A DNA stretch of 64,000 nt from Blepharisma stoltei ATCC 30299 (GCA_965603825.1 CBFDEM010000064.1:310001-374000), one strand, 5' to 3'. Counted from the stretch's first letter, positions 12,657 through 26,000 are shown. The notes: generated by a model not told the origin, from the letters alone. Made by a program: numbers and translations.

Positions 12657-14042
12657 AATGAAAACTCAAAACTCATATGTAATTTCTAGTGTCACGATGA
12701 GTAAGTTTCCTAAATTGCCTAGAACATCCTAAGTTGCTGCTGCGAGGATCCCTTTCAGACTTTGTGTTCCATTCCCATGAGAAAAATAACTCCCACAATT
12801 GATTCTTGGCTGATCATATTATGATTGACTGCCTTAATGCGTTTGTAAGACATTACTGGACACGCCTGCGCTTCTTTTCTCAAGTTTATCAGTCATCAGC
12901 TGAGTAGTTAAGAATTCGAAACGATTCCTGAACCGTTTTAATTTATTTATAAGCTTAATTTACAGAGTAAAGAAAATAAATCGATATCAAAACCTATTTG
13001 GTATAAGGGTGAATTGTTAATTTTCTATTAGATTAAGCCTAAAATCTTTGAAGACTGCTCTGTCAGAAAGATTTAGCAAAAGAGATATATTTTGCTTGTG
13101 TAGAAATCAGCCTAATATGTGAGATTATAAACCAATGTCATTCTATATTTGAATTAAATAATTGCCTTAATTAAAGTATTAAAGCGCTTCTTACAAAAGT
13201 TTGCTTATATTTATATTTTACAATGGTAGAGCTCGTAATAAAAAACCAATAATCAGCTAGATTAGGGCCCTGAAAAATTCTTAATAAAATTTATAATAAT
13301 ATGTTTTTAAATATCCCGTAAAAATTATTATAAAACTTTATTTAGATCTAAATTTATTCGCAGCTGTATTTTTTAACGAACCAGTTTAATTTTAGATGAA
13401 TTTGAAGCCAATTTCGTTTGACTATTAAAATTTACGGTATTTCTTCTACTCAAAGTGAAGTATTTTTTGCCTAAAGGCATCAAGTTTCTTATGTCTTTAA
13501 TTAAGGTAGCGCTATGAGACCGAATGCGATTCTTTTAGCGTCTTAGACTGAAGTATTATAAAACTAAGAATTTTTTATTGGTGAATTAAATAATCTGTTC
13601 TCAAAACATCTTCAGCAAAAAGTTATCCTTACCAAAAATATCTCAAATTGATGTTATATAATTTTACTTAGATCTAAATATTGCACTAGAAGCCATTTCT
13701 AGATTAGAAATCGAATAAATAATCTTATGGATTGTAACAAAGGGTTATAGTCGCCCCAGAAACTGCCGATTGTGATTATCCAAAATCCTTATCACTATGC
13801 TGGAACAAAAATTAGTTATAAATATAGGCCTATTTGGCATTTTCAAAGATAAGTAATTATACAGATATTTTATTTCGGATTTTAAAGCAAGACTGAAGCT
13901 GCTTTATATTAATTTATAATTTCTATTCTAGCCATCCAATTCATAAATTTGAAAAACAATAAAAGCACTTCTTGATAAAATTTACTATTAAAATTCCTTA
14001 GCAAGCATTTATAAAAGTTAGATAAAACTGTTTAAAAAAAAA
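12610..14042 (+). repeat. ~1.4-kb upstream block of family member B; inverted homologs at 55308-55598 + 56870-57801 and 62780-63990
   Basis: Shared words, e.g. gatgagtaagtttcct, ctagaacatcctaagt, tttataagcttaatt, tattagattaagcctaaaa, taagaattttttattgg, tttaaagcaagactg, reverse-complemented in the other copies. Confidence 0.85.
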
Positions 14043-15465
14043 ATGTTATATTCAGAGCCACTAAATATTCTCATCGTCCTCGCCTTCTTATCGCTTGCCC
14101 AGGGAATTGATCTATCAGGTGATTGAAAACTTACAAAATTAACAGCAGAAACGCTATCTCTTGGTTTTGCCGAAGCTCAAAGTGGCAATTCTCCTTATAT
14201 AGCTCCAGATATTTATGTGAATATAGACGCATATGTTAGCTGCAGCTCAATAAGCCTAGCCGGTGGCCAAGCCTGGAGTTTAACAGCAGATGCTACCAGC
14301 ATACTCTCTTCAACTTCAGAATACGCATTTGGATTTTGGGTAAACTTTGAATCAACTATTAGCAATAAAGTTTTTCAATTCGGGAGCTTTGGCGCACATT
14401 ATTTTGTCTCATCAACTACGGATGGCACCTTAAAAGTTTCCTTCATTTCAGCTACTAACATGCTTGATCCAGTTAATGACTTTTCCTTCACTGTCCCTTT
14501 AAGTAATTTTTATACAGACAAGTGGCTCTTTATTATGTTTCACTTTACAGATAACTCAGGCACCGTGACTTTGGAAGTTATTTTACCCGGCACGGCCCCA
14601 ATTTCTAAAACTTCAGTAAGCGCTTTTGTTGCTTTTACTATGCCTGGCGGGCAATTTTATTTTGGAATGTCAGTTAAGGGAAAGTTTTATAGGGTTGTTC
14701 TTACAAAGACGGCTATCATAAATGCATCGTATGATACAGTAACATTAGAAGATTATAGCTCAAATCAGGAAGTTCAAGCAACGCCTTGCACTGCTGGAAC
14801 TTGCATTGATGATATATGCCTTCAAGGTATGGGAAAAATATGCTTATCATCAATGCAGTATTGCACGGCTTGTGATGGCAGCGGATGCACTACTTGCGAT
14901 CCTGATTCAGCTAGAGATAAGGGAGCTTATTGCCAAAATTGCATAGATGATGGCACTACTAATGAACTTAAAAATTATCACTGTAATTTCTACTTAGGTT
15001 GCGCAATAGCCAATAAATGTGTTGAATGCTCAAAAAAAAGCACTCAATGCGATATATGTGCAGCTGGATACTTCCTTAACGATGATAGTGCCACTTCAAC
15101 ATCTTGTCTTTGTAAGATTTTATTTAGCTTGTGACAGCTCCTGCACTACTTGCCTGCCAGGTCCCAATTGCTATACTTGTGCTACAACAATAACTCAAAC
15201 AGGAACTAATTGCAGGGTTGATTCTTTCGGATTCGAAGTCAGCGTCGATCTTCCGAATATCGTGCTTGACTTTGCTCATCCGCTTAAAACTGGGCTGTCA
15301 ATAAGTTCATTTACAGCGGCTTCAGCTTCAGGCTCAAATATTCCAACAGCTACATGGACTTTGGTTGGCTGCACAGCAGGCTTGAAACAATGCAAAGTTG
15401 GAGCTCCCAATGTTCTGGAAAGTGATCTTCCAATCACACTTAACCTCGAGTTTACTCAAGCTTAA
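14043..15465 (+). CDS. Secreted LamG/ConA-like + Cys-rich protein, family member B (463 aa); introns 14983-14997 (15 nt), 15112-15127 (16 nt)
   Basis: ATG 14043 with signal-like MLYSEPLNILIVLAFLSLAQG and TGA(W) at codon 28. EYAFGFWVNF, DKWLFIMFHF, CxxC repeats, LEFTQA* end. Confidence 0.85.
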
Positions 15466-16649
15466 TCTCCTTAAGGGTAACTAACCTTTATTCAAAAACT
15501 TTAATTCTTTTTCTATTAATTTTATGAAAAGGAATCATTTATCTAGTGAATTTCTTAAACATGGTAAATTCCTTAATCTTTAAACGGAATAGAAATAAGC
15601 TATATATTTTCATAGGAGATAAATATGATTTTTGCTGATTTTAAAGCTGGTAGATATTAACAAATAATAATTACTTCAAAAGACAAAGAAATATTTTTTG
15701 AAAGAATTTTTCGCATCAGTGAGTTAATTTATCCTAGATAAAGTTTTCAAATCATTCGACACATTGATCGATTTATTGAAATTTAAATTAATAAATATGC
15801 AATTTTGTATTAGACATAAAATTCTGTGAACAAATCACGAAAAAGCAGAATTAGAAAGCAAAATCGAGTTTTTTGGCAAGATCAGATCAGCAGATTTAAA
15901 ATTATTTCAAGTAGGGTTCACTTACTTATAGGCTTTCTCTATGCAAGCAGATAGATCTAAGGCTATTTTAAAGCTGATTGCTTATTATTAGTTATGATCC
16001 ATAGTGCTTAATAGGAAATTCTTCCGTTTCTAGATGAAGCAAAAGTATTTGTTAAATTTTTGATTATATCGAATATTAGTAGAATTACCGTGCTAGAAAA
16101 CATTGCAAGCTATTTATTTCGATCGATAGGGATAGGTACTGACACTGAAAATTTAAGAAATAATTTATTATGAATAAATAATTAAATTGCTCTCACAAGA
16201 TGTTTTCAAATAGTAAATTCTAAATATCGAATTAATTATATGTTAAATACTTGCTTATTACCTATTAATATTGAATAATTTTTAATTAATAGAGCATAAT
16301 AAGAATTCAAATTATTCTACATAATTTATTGAAAAATCTAATATGGTGACAAATTTTGTGCAATTTTTACTTCAAGGATTAGTTTAGATTATATCAATTA
16401 ATAATGAAAAGATAAAGCTAAAATTATATTGAGAAACACTGTTATTTATAAGAATTAAATGGCAAGCATCTAATAGAAAGTCTACTGATATCATTCAAAA
16501 TTTTTAATATTCTAAAATTCACTTATTCCTCTGGCATTTGCTCAGCTTGCCTCTAACTCAGGCTAAGATCATGCCTTGCAGGATATTAAGTTTTTTAGCT
16601 TGCCAGATTTATTATTTAATGTCAAAATTTTCTCTAATTAAATAAGCAC

Positions 16650-19600
16650 TTAAACATTTAATTTTCTAAACAAGTATTGTGATTCTTCTCGCCCTGTATG
16701 CATAATAAAATTCCTAAATAATGAATCTTCTTTTTCTGCCAGCTCTTTGGGGGAGCCAATCTCTTTGCAAGTCCCTTCTTCCATTACAATAATCATATCG
16801 CTATCAACAATTGTCCTAAGTCTGTGTGCAATAATGAGCAAAGTGCAGTCTTTAAACTTGTTGTTTATTTTATTATGGATAATTTTATCAGTTTTATGGT
16901 CAACGTTTGAGGTAGCTTCATCCATCACCACAATTTTATTATTTCTAATAAAAACCCTTGCAAGACATACTAATTGTTTTTCTCCTTCAGAGAGACTTAC
17001 GTTATCACCTGTAAAAATAGTATTGAGACCATTAGGCAAAGAAGCTATAAGCTTAGACAAATGTGCCCTTTTACAGGCTTTTAAAACTTCTTGGTCTGAG
17101 TGCTCATGGAAGGGGTCGATGTTGTCTCGAAAGCTTGATATAAAAATGACAGGAAATTGAGGGATCACAGACATTTTGCGGCGTAAATTGTGGAGACTGA
17201 CGTTTCGGTAGTCTTGATCATCAATAAAAATGGTGCCAACAGATGGGTTTACAAGCCTAAAAAGAACTTGCATGATTGAAGTTTTTCCTGAGCCTGTCCT
17301 CCCAATAATTCCAACTTTTTGGCCCGGATTTATTAAAATATTCAAATCGTGCAAGGAATAGGGCAAATTTTCTTGGTATTTCATAGATAAATCTTTTATT
17401 TCGATTTTTCCTTTACTTATTGTAAAAGGCACATCATTTTCAAACTCCCCTTCAGGAGGTAGCTCTGCATACTCCATAAGTCTTTGAGGAGAAGCCATCA
17501 AATTGTTTGATTCGATAAGGCATTCTGACCAAAAACAATAGATGACCCAGGCAATTAGTAAGCAAATGCACATTGCAGCTAAGCTTTCGTCAACATAATC
17601 TTTGTATAGGACTATAACAAATCCATTAAGGACGCAGATGAGAGCAGCACCAAGAGCCACGTGTATTGTATAGAACCTTACTATAAGCTCGACGCTGATA
17701 TTACATCTAAGATTGTATTCAATAGCAGCTTTCATATCAGAAGTAAATTTCTTTTGAAGACTTAGGGACCTTATTGTTACAATTCCATATAAGGTAGCAT
17801 ATGCCATCGTTAGAATAGGGCTTTTTGAAGCTAGCTCAATTTCTCTAAGTGCTTTAGTAATAGGAACAAGCTTTTTAGAAAGTCATATTACGTATCATAT
17901 ATACAATAAAACGAGCCCTATATCTGGAAGTATAAAGATACTTATTATGACTAAAACAGATATAAAATCAATTGAGTCGAATAAGAATGTTGGGAAGAAA
18001 AAAGAAAAACATTCGTCCATCAGAAATGTATCTTTAGAAAAGCGATTTAGCATTCTTCCCGACGGATTTTTATCGAAATAGACTGATTCAGTCTTGGCAA
18101 TTCCTTCTAGAGCTTTATTGTGAAGTTTCTCTCCTCCTTTCGTAATCCCATAAACTAATACCCAATATCTGATATATATAAAAAGATATACCGTAAAAAC
18201 AATAGCACAAAAAATCCACAAATTTATCATTTCATCTTGATCATCGTCTGACTCTTTAGTCCATATCACAAGCCATAGCACTGGAGCTGAGCAAACAGCT
18301 TGTGTAAGAACCACAATAGCCGCTAGCAGCCCAAAGCTCCACATCGATGTAAATCCAAATTTCAAAAACTTATAATAAGTCGCAAACGTGACATCTTCTA
18401 GCGCTTTTTCATCTCCTTGCAGCACTATTGCTTTTTCTCCTTTTTCTGTGCTTTTTATCTCATCTACCCCCATTTTTCTCGAGTCTTGTTCTTTTTCATC
18501 TTTCTGTTTAAGCTCATCTATAATAAAATGCAAATCTTCTCTACTGTTGAGCTCTTCACATGCCCCGAAAAACAATTGTTTCCCTTGGTTTAGGACTAGA
18601 ATTTTATCAGCTTGAGAAATTGTGTGAACTTGGTGAGTTACCAATATGACGGTTTTTCCTTTTAAAAAGGTTTTAATGCATTGATTGAATATATGAGAGC
18701 CAACTTGTGTATCTACAGCACTTAGAGGATCATCAAGCAAAATAATGTCTTTATTAGCATATACAGCTCTTGCCAAGCTAATTCTTGCTTTTTGGCCTCC
18801 ACTTAGAGTAGCTCCATTATCACCTATAAGGGTTTCATCGCCTGATGGCAGCTGTGATAAATCCATGTCAAGTCCACAAGCTTTTACAGCTTCATTGTAA
18901 ACTTCTTCTTTATATTCGTTGTCCATCAAAATATTTTGCTTTATTGAGCCTGATATGATTCAAGGATTTTGACCTGTATAAGAAAAATTTCCTTTGTAGT
19001 TGACAATCCCGTTCAAAGGATAGATTTCGTGTAATAGTCCCAGCAAAAGGCTACTTTTTCCGCTTCCTATAGGCCCTATAACGATCATAAACTCTCCTTG
19101 TTTTAATGAAAAATTCAGGCTGCTTATAGCAATATCATCAGTTTTTTCGTCTTTTAGCAAACTTTTAGATGAATTTTCTGATTCCTCATTTTTTGGAGAT
19201 TTATTTGAATAGGAAAATGTTGCATTTTCTGCTGAGATCGCCAAGTCTTTACTATCATCAGAATTATCATAATACATTTTTTCACTTAAGAGCATAATTT
19301 TGGTGATTCTTTCCATGGTGGATTTTATCATAATTAATGTAAAAAACGACAAATCACTCATTTTGCATGATAAAAAGCAATTTAAAAGTAAAATCGTGAC
19401 AACACAAAAAAGTTTTTCAGTCTCAAGTTTATTTCCAGTGTATACATATGACGAAAAAGTCACTAAAAGTGTTAAAGCAATCCCAGTAGCTGCAATTGTA
19501 ACAATCGTTGCATAGACACCATACATATTGAACTTCTCTTGAGTTTCCCCTCTTCTTTCATCATATATAATCTTCAAGTATTGATCTTCCATCCCATATA

Positions 19601-20417
19601 GTTTGACAGCCCTTATCCCTTCAATCAAATTTGCAATCATTTTTAGCCTCCTATCAGTATGTGCCGCAACTCGACCTCGATATTTTTCAGTCCTTCTTGA
19701 ATTTAATAAAAGAATCGGAGAGTGTATAATCGCTATTACCAAGCCTAAAATACCGGTCCATCCTATCAGAAACCAAATAATTAAAAAAGATCCAATAAAA
19801 AATACAGGCGCTGCTAATATCATCATAGTTGGCACAAGCCCATGCAAAAATTCCAGCTCAGCAGCTATCAAACTTGGAACAGTGCCTTTATAGTCTCCTT
19901 GAGAAATTTCTGAAAAAGAGGTCTTTAAGACTTTTTTGTAAATTATATATGGGACAATAGCTTTGACTCGAGAAATAAGCAGGCGGACTTTGAAATGAGC
20001 CCAGTGAAAAATGTAGAAGGAAAAAAAAGTTGTGATTGCAAATAAGGAGGCAAAAATAAGCCCATCTCATACACTGGCACCATCGTCATTGATATAGTCT
20101 ACCAAGCATATTAGGATAACTGCCTGAACAAGTCCTAGGTTAAACCCAACAATACCTACAAGGCAATATCTTAAGTAGTCTCATCCTACAGCTCTTCATA
20201 AAGCTTTATAAAAGGAAGGATGCTTTAATTTTATTTCTTTTCCCCATTCAGATTCTAATTTTTCTATTGAGGTCTCAAATTTAAGCCTCGAAGGTATTTT
20301 TATAACGTTTGAAGGACTTGGGGGGTTTTTGCTCCAAAACTTAATTGGCTGGTAAGCCCATGTCATGAAAGTGTCTTCAAAAACTGTTGCTTCATCATAT
20401 GCAAACTTCTTTTCCAT
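16650..20417 (-). CDS. Full-length ABCC/MRP-type ABC transporter (TMD-NBD-TMD-NBD), 1255 aa, no intron needed
   Basis: Four track ORFs in one frame joined by TGA. Walker A GPIGSGKS and GRTGSGKT, signatures LSGGQKAR and LSEGEKQ, Walker B ILLDDPLSAVD and VVMDEATS. The conserved Q-x-P-W has TGA at 18960-18962. Confidence 0.93.
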
Positions 20418-20941
20418 ATAAAAATAATTACCGTTTTTGATAAATGCCCTTTAAAGATTCAATAAATTAAGGATATAGTTTATACTTTAGAATAAATCAT
20501 TGCTATACATTAGCAATTTTTGTTTTTTTATAACCAAATGATTTAACGAAGTTCTTTTGAAATTAATATGGCATTAATTTTTAAGTTTAAAACAATGTAT
20601 ATATGCATTTTTTCCGTTGCGATATTCAATGAAATCACAAATCAACCTATTAAATGCTATCTTATATGATATCAGAGTATATTTTAAATTTCTGAAAGAA
20701 AATTAATAAGTTAGAAACTTCATTTTTTAACGGAATTCTGAGATTATTTGAATTTTCTCTAATATTTCATTCGCATATTTAAAGAATTCATAGCTTACTT
20801 GCTTGAATCAATTTGGATTAGAAAATTCAAATTATAAAACGAGAAATAAGGAATTATAAAAATAATCCCATGCAATAAGGACTAAAATCACTAAGTTAAT
20901 TTTTTTAATTGCTAGTCAGCTAATTTCCTTAAAAAATTCTG

Positions 20942-22000
20942 ATGGATATCTATTCCCTCATAAACTCTCTGCCCAAAGCAGAAGTCCATACTCACCTCGA
21001 GATTTCTCTCACAATTGACAGAGTCTATGAAATCGCTAACAGAAACGGAATAATTCTGCCTCTCTCTCACGAAGACTGCCTCTATAAATCCTCCCACTTC
21101 AATGACTTGCCAGATTTTTTATCAGTATTGCTTACAGTCTCACAGGCCTTAAAGTTTGAGCAGGATTTCTATGAGCTAGCTTTAAGCTACTTTAAAATTT
21201 CCCATGAAAATAACATTGTTTATGCTGAGCCTCAATATCATTGCTTCAATTATACGACATATGGAATCCAACCAGAAACAATTTTAAATGGGATTTGGAG
21301 AGCTGTTCAAGAAGCTGAAACAACTTATGGGATAAAAACTAATTTATTATATGGAATTGCCAGAGAGGCCACTATTGAGGATTCCTTAAAAACAATACAT
21401 TTTGCGAAGCACCATTCTGAGAAGTTTAAAGGGATTGCATTTGCGGGGAGCGAAATGATAAATTCACCTAAGCATTATAAGCCAATTTTTGATCTTGCCT
21501 ATAATTTAGGACTTACTGGGCCTAATAATGAATATTTGGCAGTACATTCAGGTGAGGAAGCTCCTCCTGACGTAATGATTGATACTCTTCGTACACTTAA
21601 TGTCAGTAGAATTGACCATGGAGTCAGGGCTGTAGAGGATCCGTTTCTTTTGAAATTCTTAAGTCAAAATCAGGTTCCTATAGATATGTGCCCTATTTCC
21701 AACAGAGCTTTAAAAGTCCTGGATAGATTTACCAATACCGACTATATTTATAACGATTTTTTAAATAGTGGATGCTTGATCTCTATAAATACTGATGGGC
21801 CTACTTGGGGCGGAGGAGCCATGGTAGAAAATTATATTGATTTCTGCAATCATAACACTGGGTTGAGTTCCGAAGAATTAGCAAAAAAAATAATTGAGCT
21901 ATCAAAAAATTCTTTTAAGTGCACGTTTTTGGATCAAAAAATTAAGAACGATTATATAAACCAGGTAGAAAAAGCGGCAAATGATTATTTTGAAATTTAA
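20942..22000 (+). CDS. Adenosine/adenine deaminase family protein
   Basis: PKAEVHTHLE (HxH), HSGEE, RIDHGVR, MCPISN and INTDGP motifs. Confidence 0.9.
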   Translation: MDIYSLINSLPKAEVHTHLEISLTIDRVYEIANRNGIILPLSHEDCLYKSSHFNDLPDFLSVLLTVSQALKFEQDFYELALSYFKISHENNIVYAEPQYHCFNYTTYGIQPETILNGIWRAVQEAETTYGIKTNLLYGIAREATIEDSLKTIHFAKHHSEKFKGIAFAGSEMINSPKHYKPIFDLAYNLGLTGPNNEYLAVHSGEEAPPDVMIDTLRTLNVSRIDHGVRAVEDPFLLKFLSQNQVPIDMCPISNRALKVLDRFTNTDYIYNDFLNSGCLISINTDGPTWGGGAMVENYIDFCNHNTGLSSEELAKKIIELSKNSFKCTFLDQKIKNDYINQVEKAANDYFEI

Positions 22001-22389
22001 AGCTTTTAGTGAATAATAGAAATGGCTTAAAAAATATGACTTCAAATAATCTTAATGTGGGTGCTTAAAACGCTCTCATGCTTGATTTCAGAAAATAGTT
22101 GGCATGATATTTATAAAATAAAAAATAAAAATTCTTAAGCAAAATATCATCAATATATTTAGTAAAACAATTTAAAAAAAACCCCTTCAAATAGCTTAAA
22201 TTCATTATAACTTTAAGCCATCATCTATAAGATGTACACTCATAACCTACAAAGACCGTTTTCTTTATGCATCCTGCAGAAAAATATCAATGTTTTTCTT
22301 TTTTCCCGAAACCCATATTAGCTCATTCTGATAAGTTAAAAATGCCACAAGCCTATTTCATATTATCATTGCTTACTGAGTATCGTAAA

Positions 22390-22896
22390 ATGGAAATTCA
22401 ACAAGAAACTTATTCGACTACTTATGCATCCCAAGGAAGTTATTTCAGCAGCTCTCACTATCATCAAATAGAATTTCTTCATGGCCATGACTATCATCTT
22501 TCGCTAACAGTTAATTCAACCCAACTTTTAGATGGAGAAATTATTAAAAGCTCTAAAATAAAAGCTCTAATAGAAGAAATTTGTGTAGGATATGATCACA
22601 AAATTTTTATAACTGAATCAGGCGTAGGGCATGAAGTTGAAGATTTAGGCGATCATGTCGGGCTGACTGTTCGAGGACTCTCTTATGAATTTCCAAAACG
22701 TCTTTGTGTTTTTTTGCCAATTGTCTTAGGCACTTGTGAAGAGATATCTCGATATTTAAGCTTAAATATCGCTAATCGTCTCAGAAGCGAGCTTGAGATG
22801 AACCCAGGCATCTATGCTATAAATGTGAAGATTTCTGAGGTGTATAAACAGCAAGAAGCTTCCACAATTCTAGAAATAAAGGAGCATAAATTTTAA
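22390..22896 (+). CDS. 6-pyruvoyl-tetrahydropterin synthase/QueD-fold protein, ExxHGH (PTPS-III-type) motif
   Basis: FSSSHY..IEFLHGHDY, YDHK, TCEEI. Start placed at ATG 22390 by comparison with the paralog at 50142-50645. Confidence 0.8.
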   Translation: MEIQQETYSTTYASQGSYFSSSHYHQIEFLHGHDYHLSLTVNSTQLLDGEIIKSSKIKALIEEICVGYDHKIFITESGVGHEVEDLGDHVGLTVRGLSYEFPKRLCVFLPIVLGTCEEISRYLSLNIANRLRSELEMNPGIYAINVKISEVYKQQEASTILEIKEHKF

Positions 22897-23029
22897 AATT
22901 TTCATTCTTGACCCATTTTAGTTAAAAAACGGCTATAATCAACGATTAAACAAAATTTAGTTTTAAGCTATTTGCATCATAACATGCATTAATATAATCT
23001 TGTTCTAATAATTAATTCAATAAATTCTA

Positions 23030-26000
23030 TTAGTTAAGCTTTTCAATCATTCCTGAAACATGCTCCATTGCTTTCATCATGTTTTCAAACTGATTTGCAT
23101 CAACGTTTTCCACAATTTTTTCCACCCTTTTAACTCTTGCTAGCAATGACTGCAAAGTCGCAGAAGAGTCCGCATAAGCTTTAACAGGGTTTCTCTTATA
23201 AACAGGTAAAGGACTAATTCTCAGTTTCGTCTGAATGTCCCACATTGGTTCATACAATTTCAATGGTTTATCAATTGGGTATTTAATGCTCAATTTTTCG
23301 TCTTCTTTATTTTGCATCATTTTCATGTTGTCTTCTTTATACTTGGCGATTTGTGCTTCTATCATTTGTTGATGCTTGGCTGATTTCATGTTAAGTTTCT
23401 CCTGCATTCTTTCTCGCTGTCTCTGCCTTTCTCTTTCCATTGCAGCTTCCCATTCGCTGGTTTCTTGTTGATGTTTCTTGATCATTTCTTCCATTTGTTC
23501 AGGCGAGATTCCTCTTCTTTTCATTTCTTCAATCATTTGTTTTTGACGGTCTGCCATTTCTTGCCGTCTTCTGTCCATTTCAGCGAGTTCTCGTTTTTTG
23601 GCGTCAGCGTCATCAAGCTCTTTTTGCAGTGCAGAAATTTCGTTTTCTCTTTCACCTTGCATTTGATTTAGCTGAGCTTGGCGGCTATCTAGCTCCCTCA
23701 GTTTATTTTCATACTCATTTTCAGCTTGGTTTCTCAGTTTATCAGCTTCACTTTGGGCTTGTCTGAGGTGTTGGTCTAATAATGCAGGGTTTGCTGACCT
23801 CATGCTTTGGAGGATATTATAAGTGTCTTGCAAATGCTTATCAGCGAGGTCTAGAAGTTTCTGACGGAATTCGCTTTCGACTTCTCTCCAAGCTTTATCT
23901 TGTTCTTTATTCAAATTATTAATGAAATTATAGTCAGCAATAGTCATGGCGTCAGCTTCTTTTTTCTCGAGTTTGGCGAGTTCTGAGACTTTATTGTTCA
24001 TAGGAAGGCTTGATTTTTCTATTTCTGAGCGTTTTCTGTTGAATTTATTTCGGATGTCAGCAATTTCGTCAGCTTTTTGAGAAAGGGCAAGCTGAAGGAT
24101 CTCTGTTTGTTTTTCTGTGAGTTTGGCTTGCTTTTTGGCTGAAATTGCGGCGAGCTCAGTTTCATGCTTGTCGTCCATCATGTCTTTGATTTTTCTGGCG
24201 ATTTCTTCTGGGCTTGCATTGCTTCTCATGAGCTCGTCAAGCCTGTTTCTTGTGAGGTCGTCTTTTAAGTTCTCAGCTTCTTTTTCTTGTTTGTCTTCAA
24301 CTACTTTGCGCTCTTCTTCGTGCTTTCTCTTTAGTTCAGCTTCTTTTAAGGCACGAAGTCGCTTTCGTTCTTGGAGCCTTGAATCTAACTGAGAGTGCTG
24401 GTTGCTGTTATCTACTACTGAAAGGTGCTGGAATTGTTCAAGCTCTTTGAGGAGCTGCTTTCTTTCATTTTCGTTTGTGGACGATCTCAAAGCGGTTTCT
24501 AAGCGAGATTTTTCGTCTTCACGGCTTATTGGAAGTTCTTGTTCGACTTCATCTGCAATAGCTTGGAATTCTTCAGCTTGCTTTTCATACAGTATTTGCA
24601 TTTCTTCTTCTTGGCGCTTTTCGAGCTGCTCCACATGGACTTGGTCTTCTTCTTTGAAAAATGTAGGCACTAGAGAAGTTTCTGGCTGCTTTATGGTGGT
24701 CATTCTCCTTTCAAGTCTTGGTGCTACAACTTCTTCTTTAAACTTTTTATCTTTTCTTGCCCTTAGTCTAACTGCTAGCTCTGCTTCTTGTCTCTTTTTG
24801 TCTCCATTCAGTCTGTTTTCAAGCTCTTGCACATTTTCATCATATTCTTTTACAAAGGCATCAGCTTCTTTTTTATTTTTGGCAGTTTTAAGTTTTGCAT
24901 CTAAATCTTCTTTGAGTTTTCCAGCTTCTGAATTTATTTGTTTACTTGTTTTGACGTCAATCTCCTTTTTCTTTTCGAAGAATTCTTTAGCTAATTCAGG
25001 GTCTTTTTTAATGAAATCTAAGGTTTCAGCAATTTCTGACGGAGATTCTATTTGGCTTCCGGCGTTTTTCTGTCTTCGTTTAGCAGCTCTTTCCATAAGC
25101 CTTTTATTTAAGGATTCCTGAGACTTTGATTTTTCATTGTCAAGGGCAAGCTCAATTCTCTGGATATTTGCATTGAAGTCAGCGATTAAGTCTTGCTTGT
25201 CTTTTTCACTGAGTTCAGGATTATTTATAATGCTATCATAAAGAAGGTTTTTCCCAGCCTCTGTCTTGTAGTCTGCTTCTTTGATGTATTTACTTAATAA
25301 GCCATTCATAACTTTTTGCATTTCTTCTTCAGGGCTAAGTTGGAGCTGTGCAGCTTCTTCTTCTTCCTCGTTGTCACTTATATCATCCAGACCTCCAAGA
25401 GTCTCTTCAAGGTATTTCTTTAGCTTAGCAAGATTATTCAATAAATGTCTCATCGCTTCCTGCTCAGCTTCAGTCTTTTGCATAAATGCAGCTTTGGCTT
25501 GGCTATCCTGTTCAACCAGTCTATCATACATTGCCTGGAAAATAGAAGGATCAATATCATCATTTATCATTGGCTCATTGTTTTCCTCTTCCTTAATAAC
25601 TGTTTTCTTCTCAAGTCTGACGTCACTTCTTACTTCTTTCATGCTTTCTTCATCACTTGAATCTTGTTTTGGTTTTTCTGTCAAAATTGCAATATCTAAT
25701 TCATTTTGTTTATCTCTATAAGCTCTTTTTCTTTCTTTCGTGACATATTTCCATGCTTTATTGTGGAAGAAGTAAATACCTAATATCAACAAAACTACAA
25801 GACCAACCAGCCAGCATGCAGTGCCAATGATGAATGGCCAGTTAGGGTCTTGAATAATGTTAGTTTTGGTTTGTGTCCCCATAGTCAGCATAGAGCTCTT
25901 AAAACGTGGGCGGATTGGGATATCTGGGTCTAAACATTGCTGGCCTTGCCCCATAACTGAAATAATGATATGCTTAGAATCGTCAGCTGCGTCTTTGAAA

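Noticed and set aside
22267-22389. Longer N-terminus of the PTPS ORF in the track
   Set aside because: The paralog starts at the position equivalent to ATG 22390, and the extension looks like intergenic sequence.
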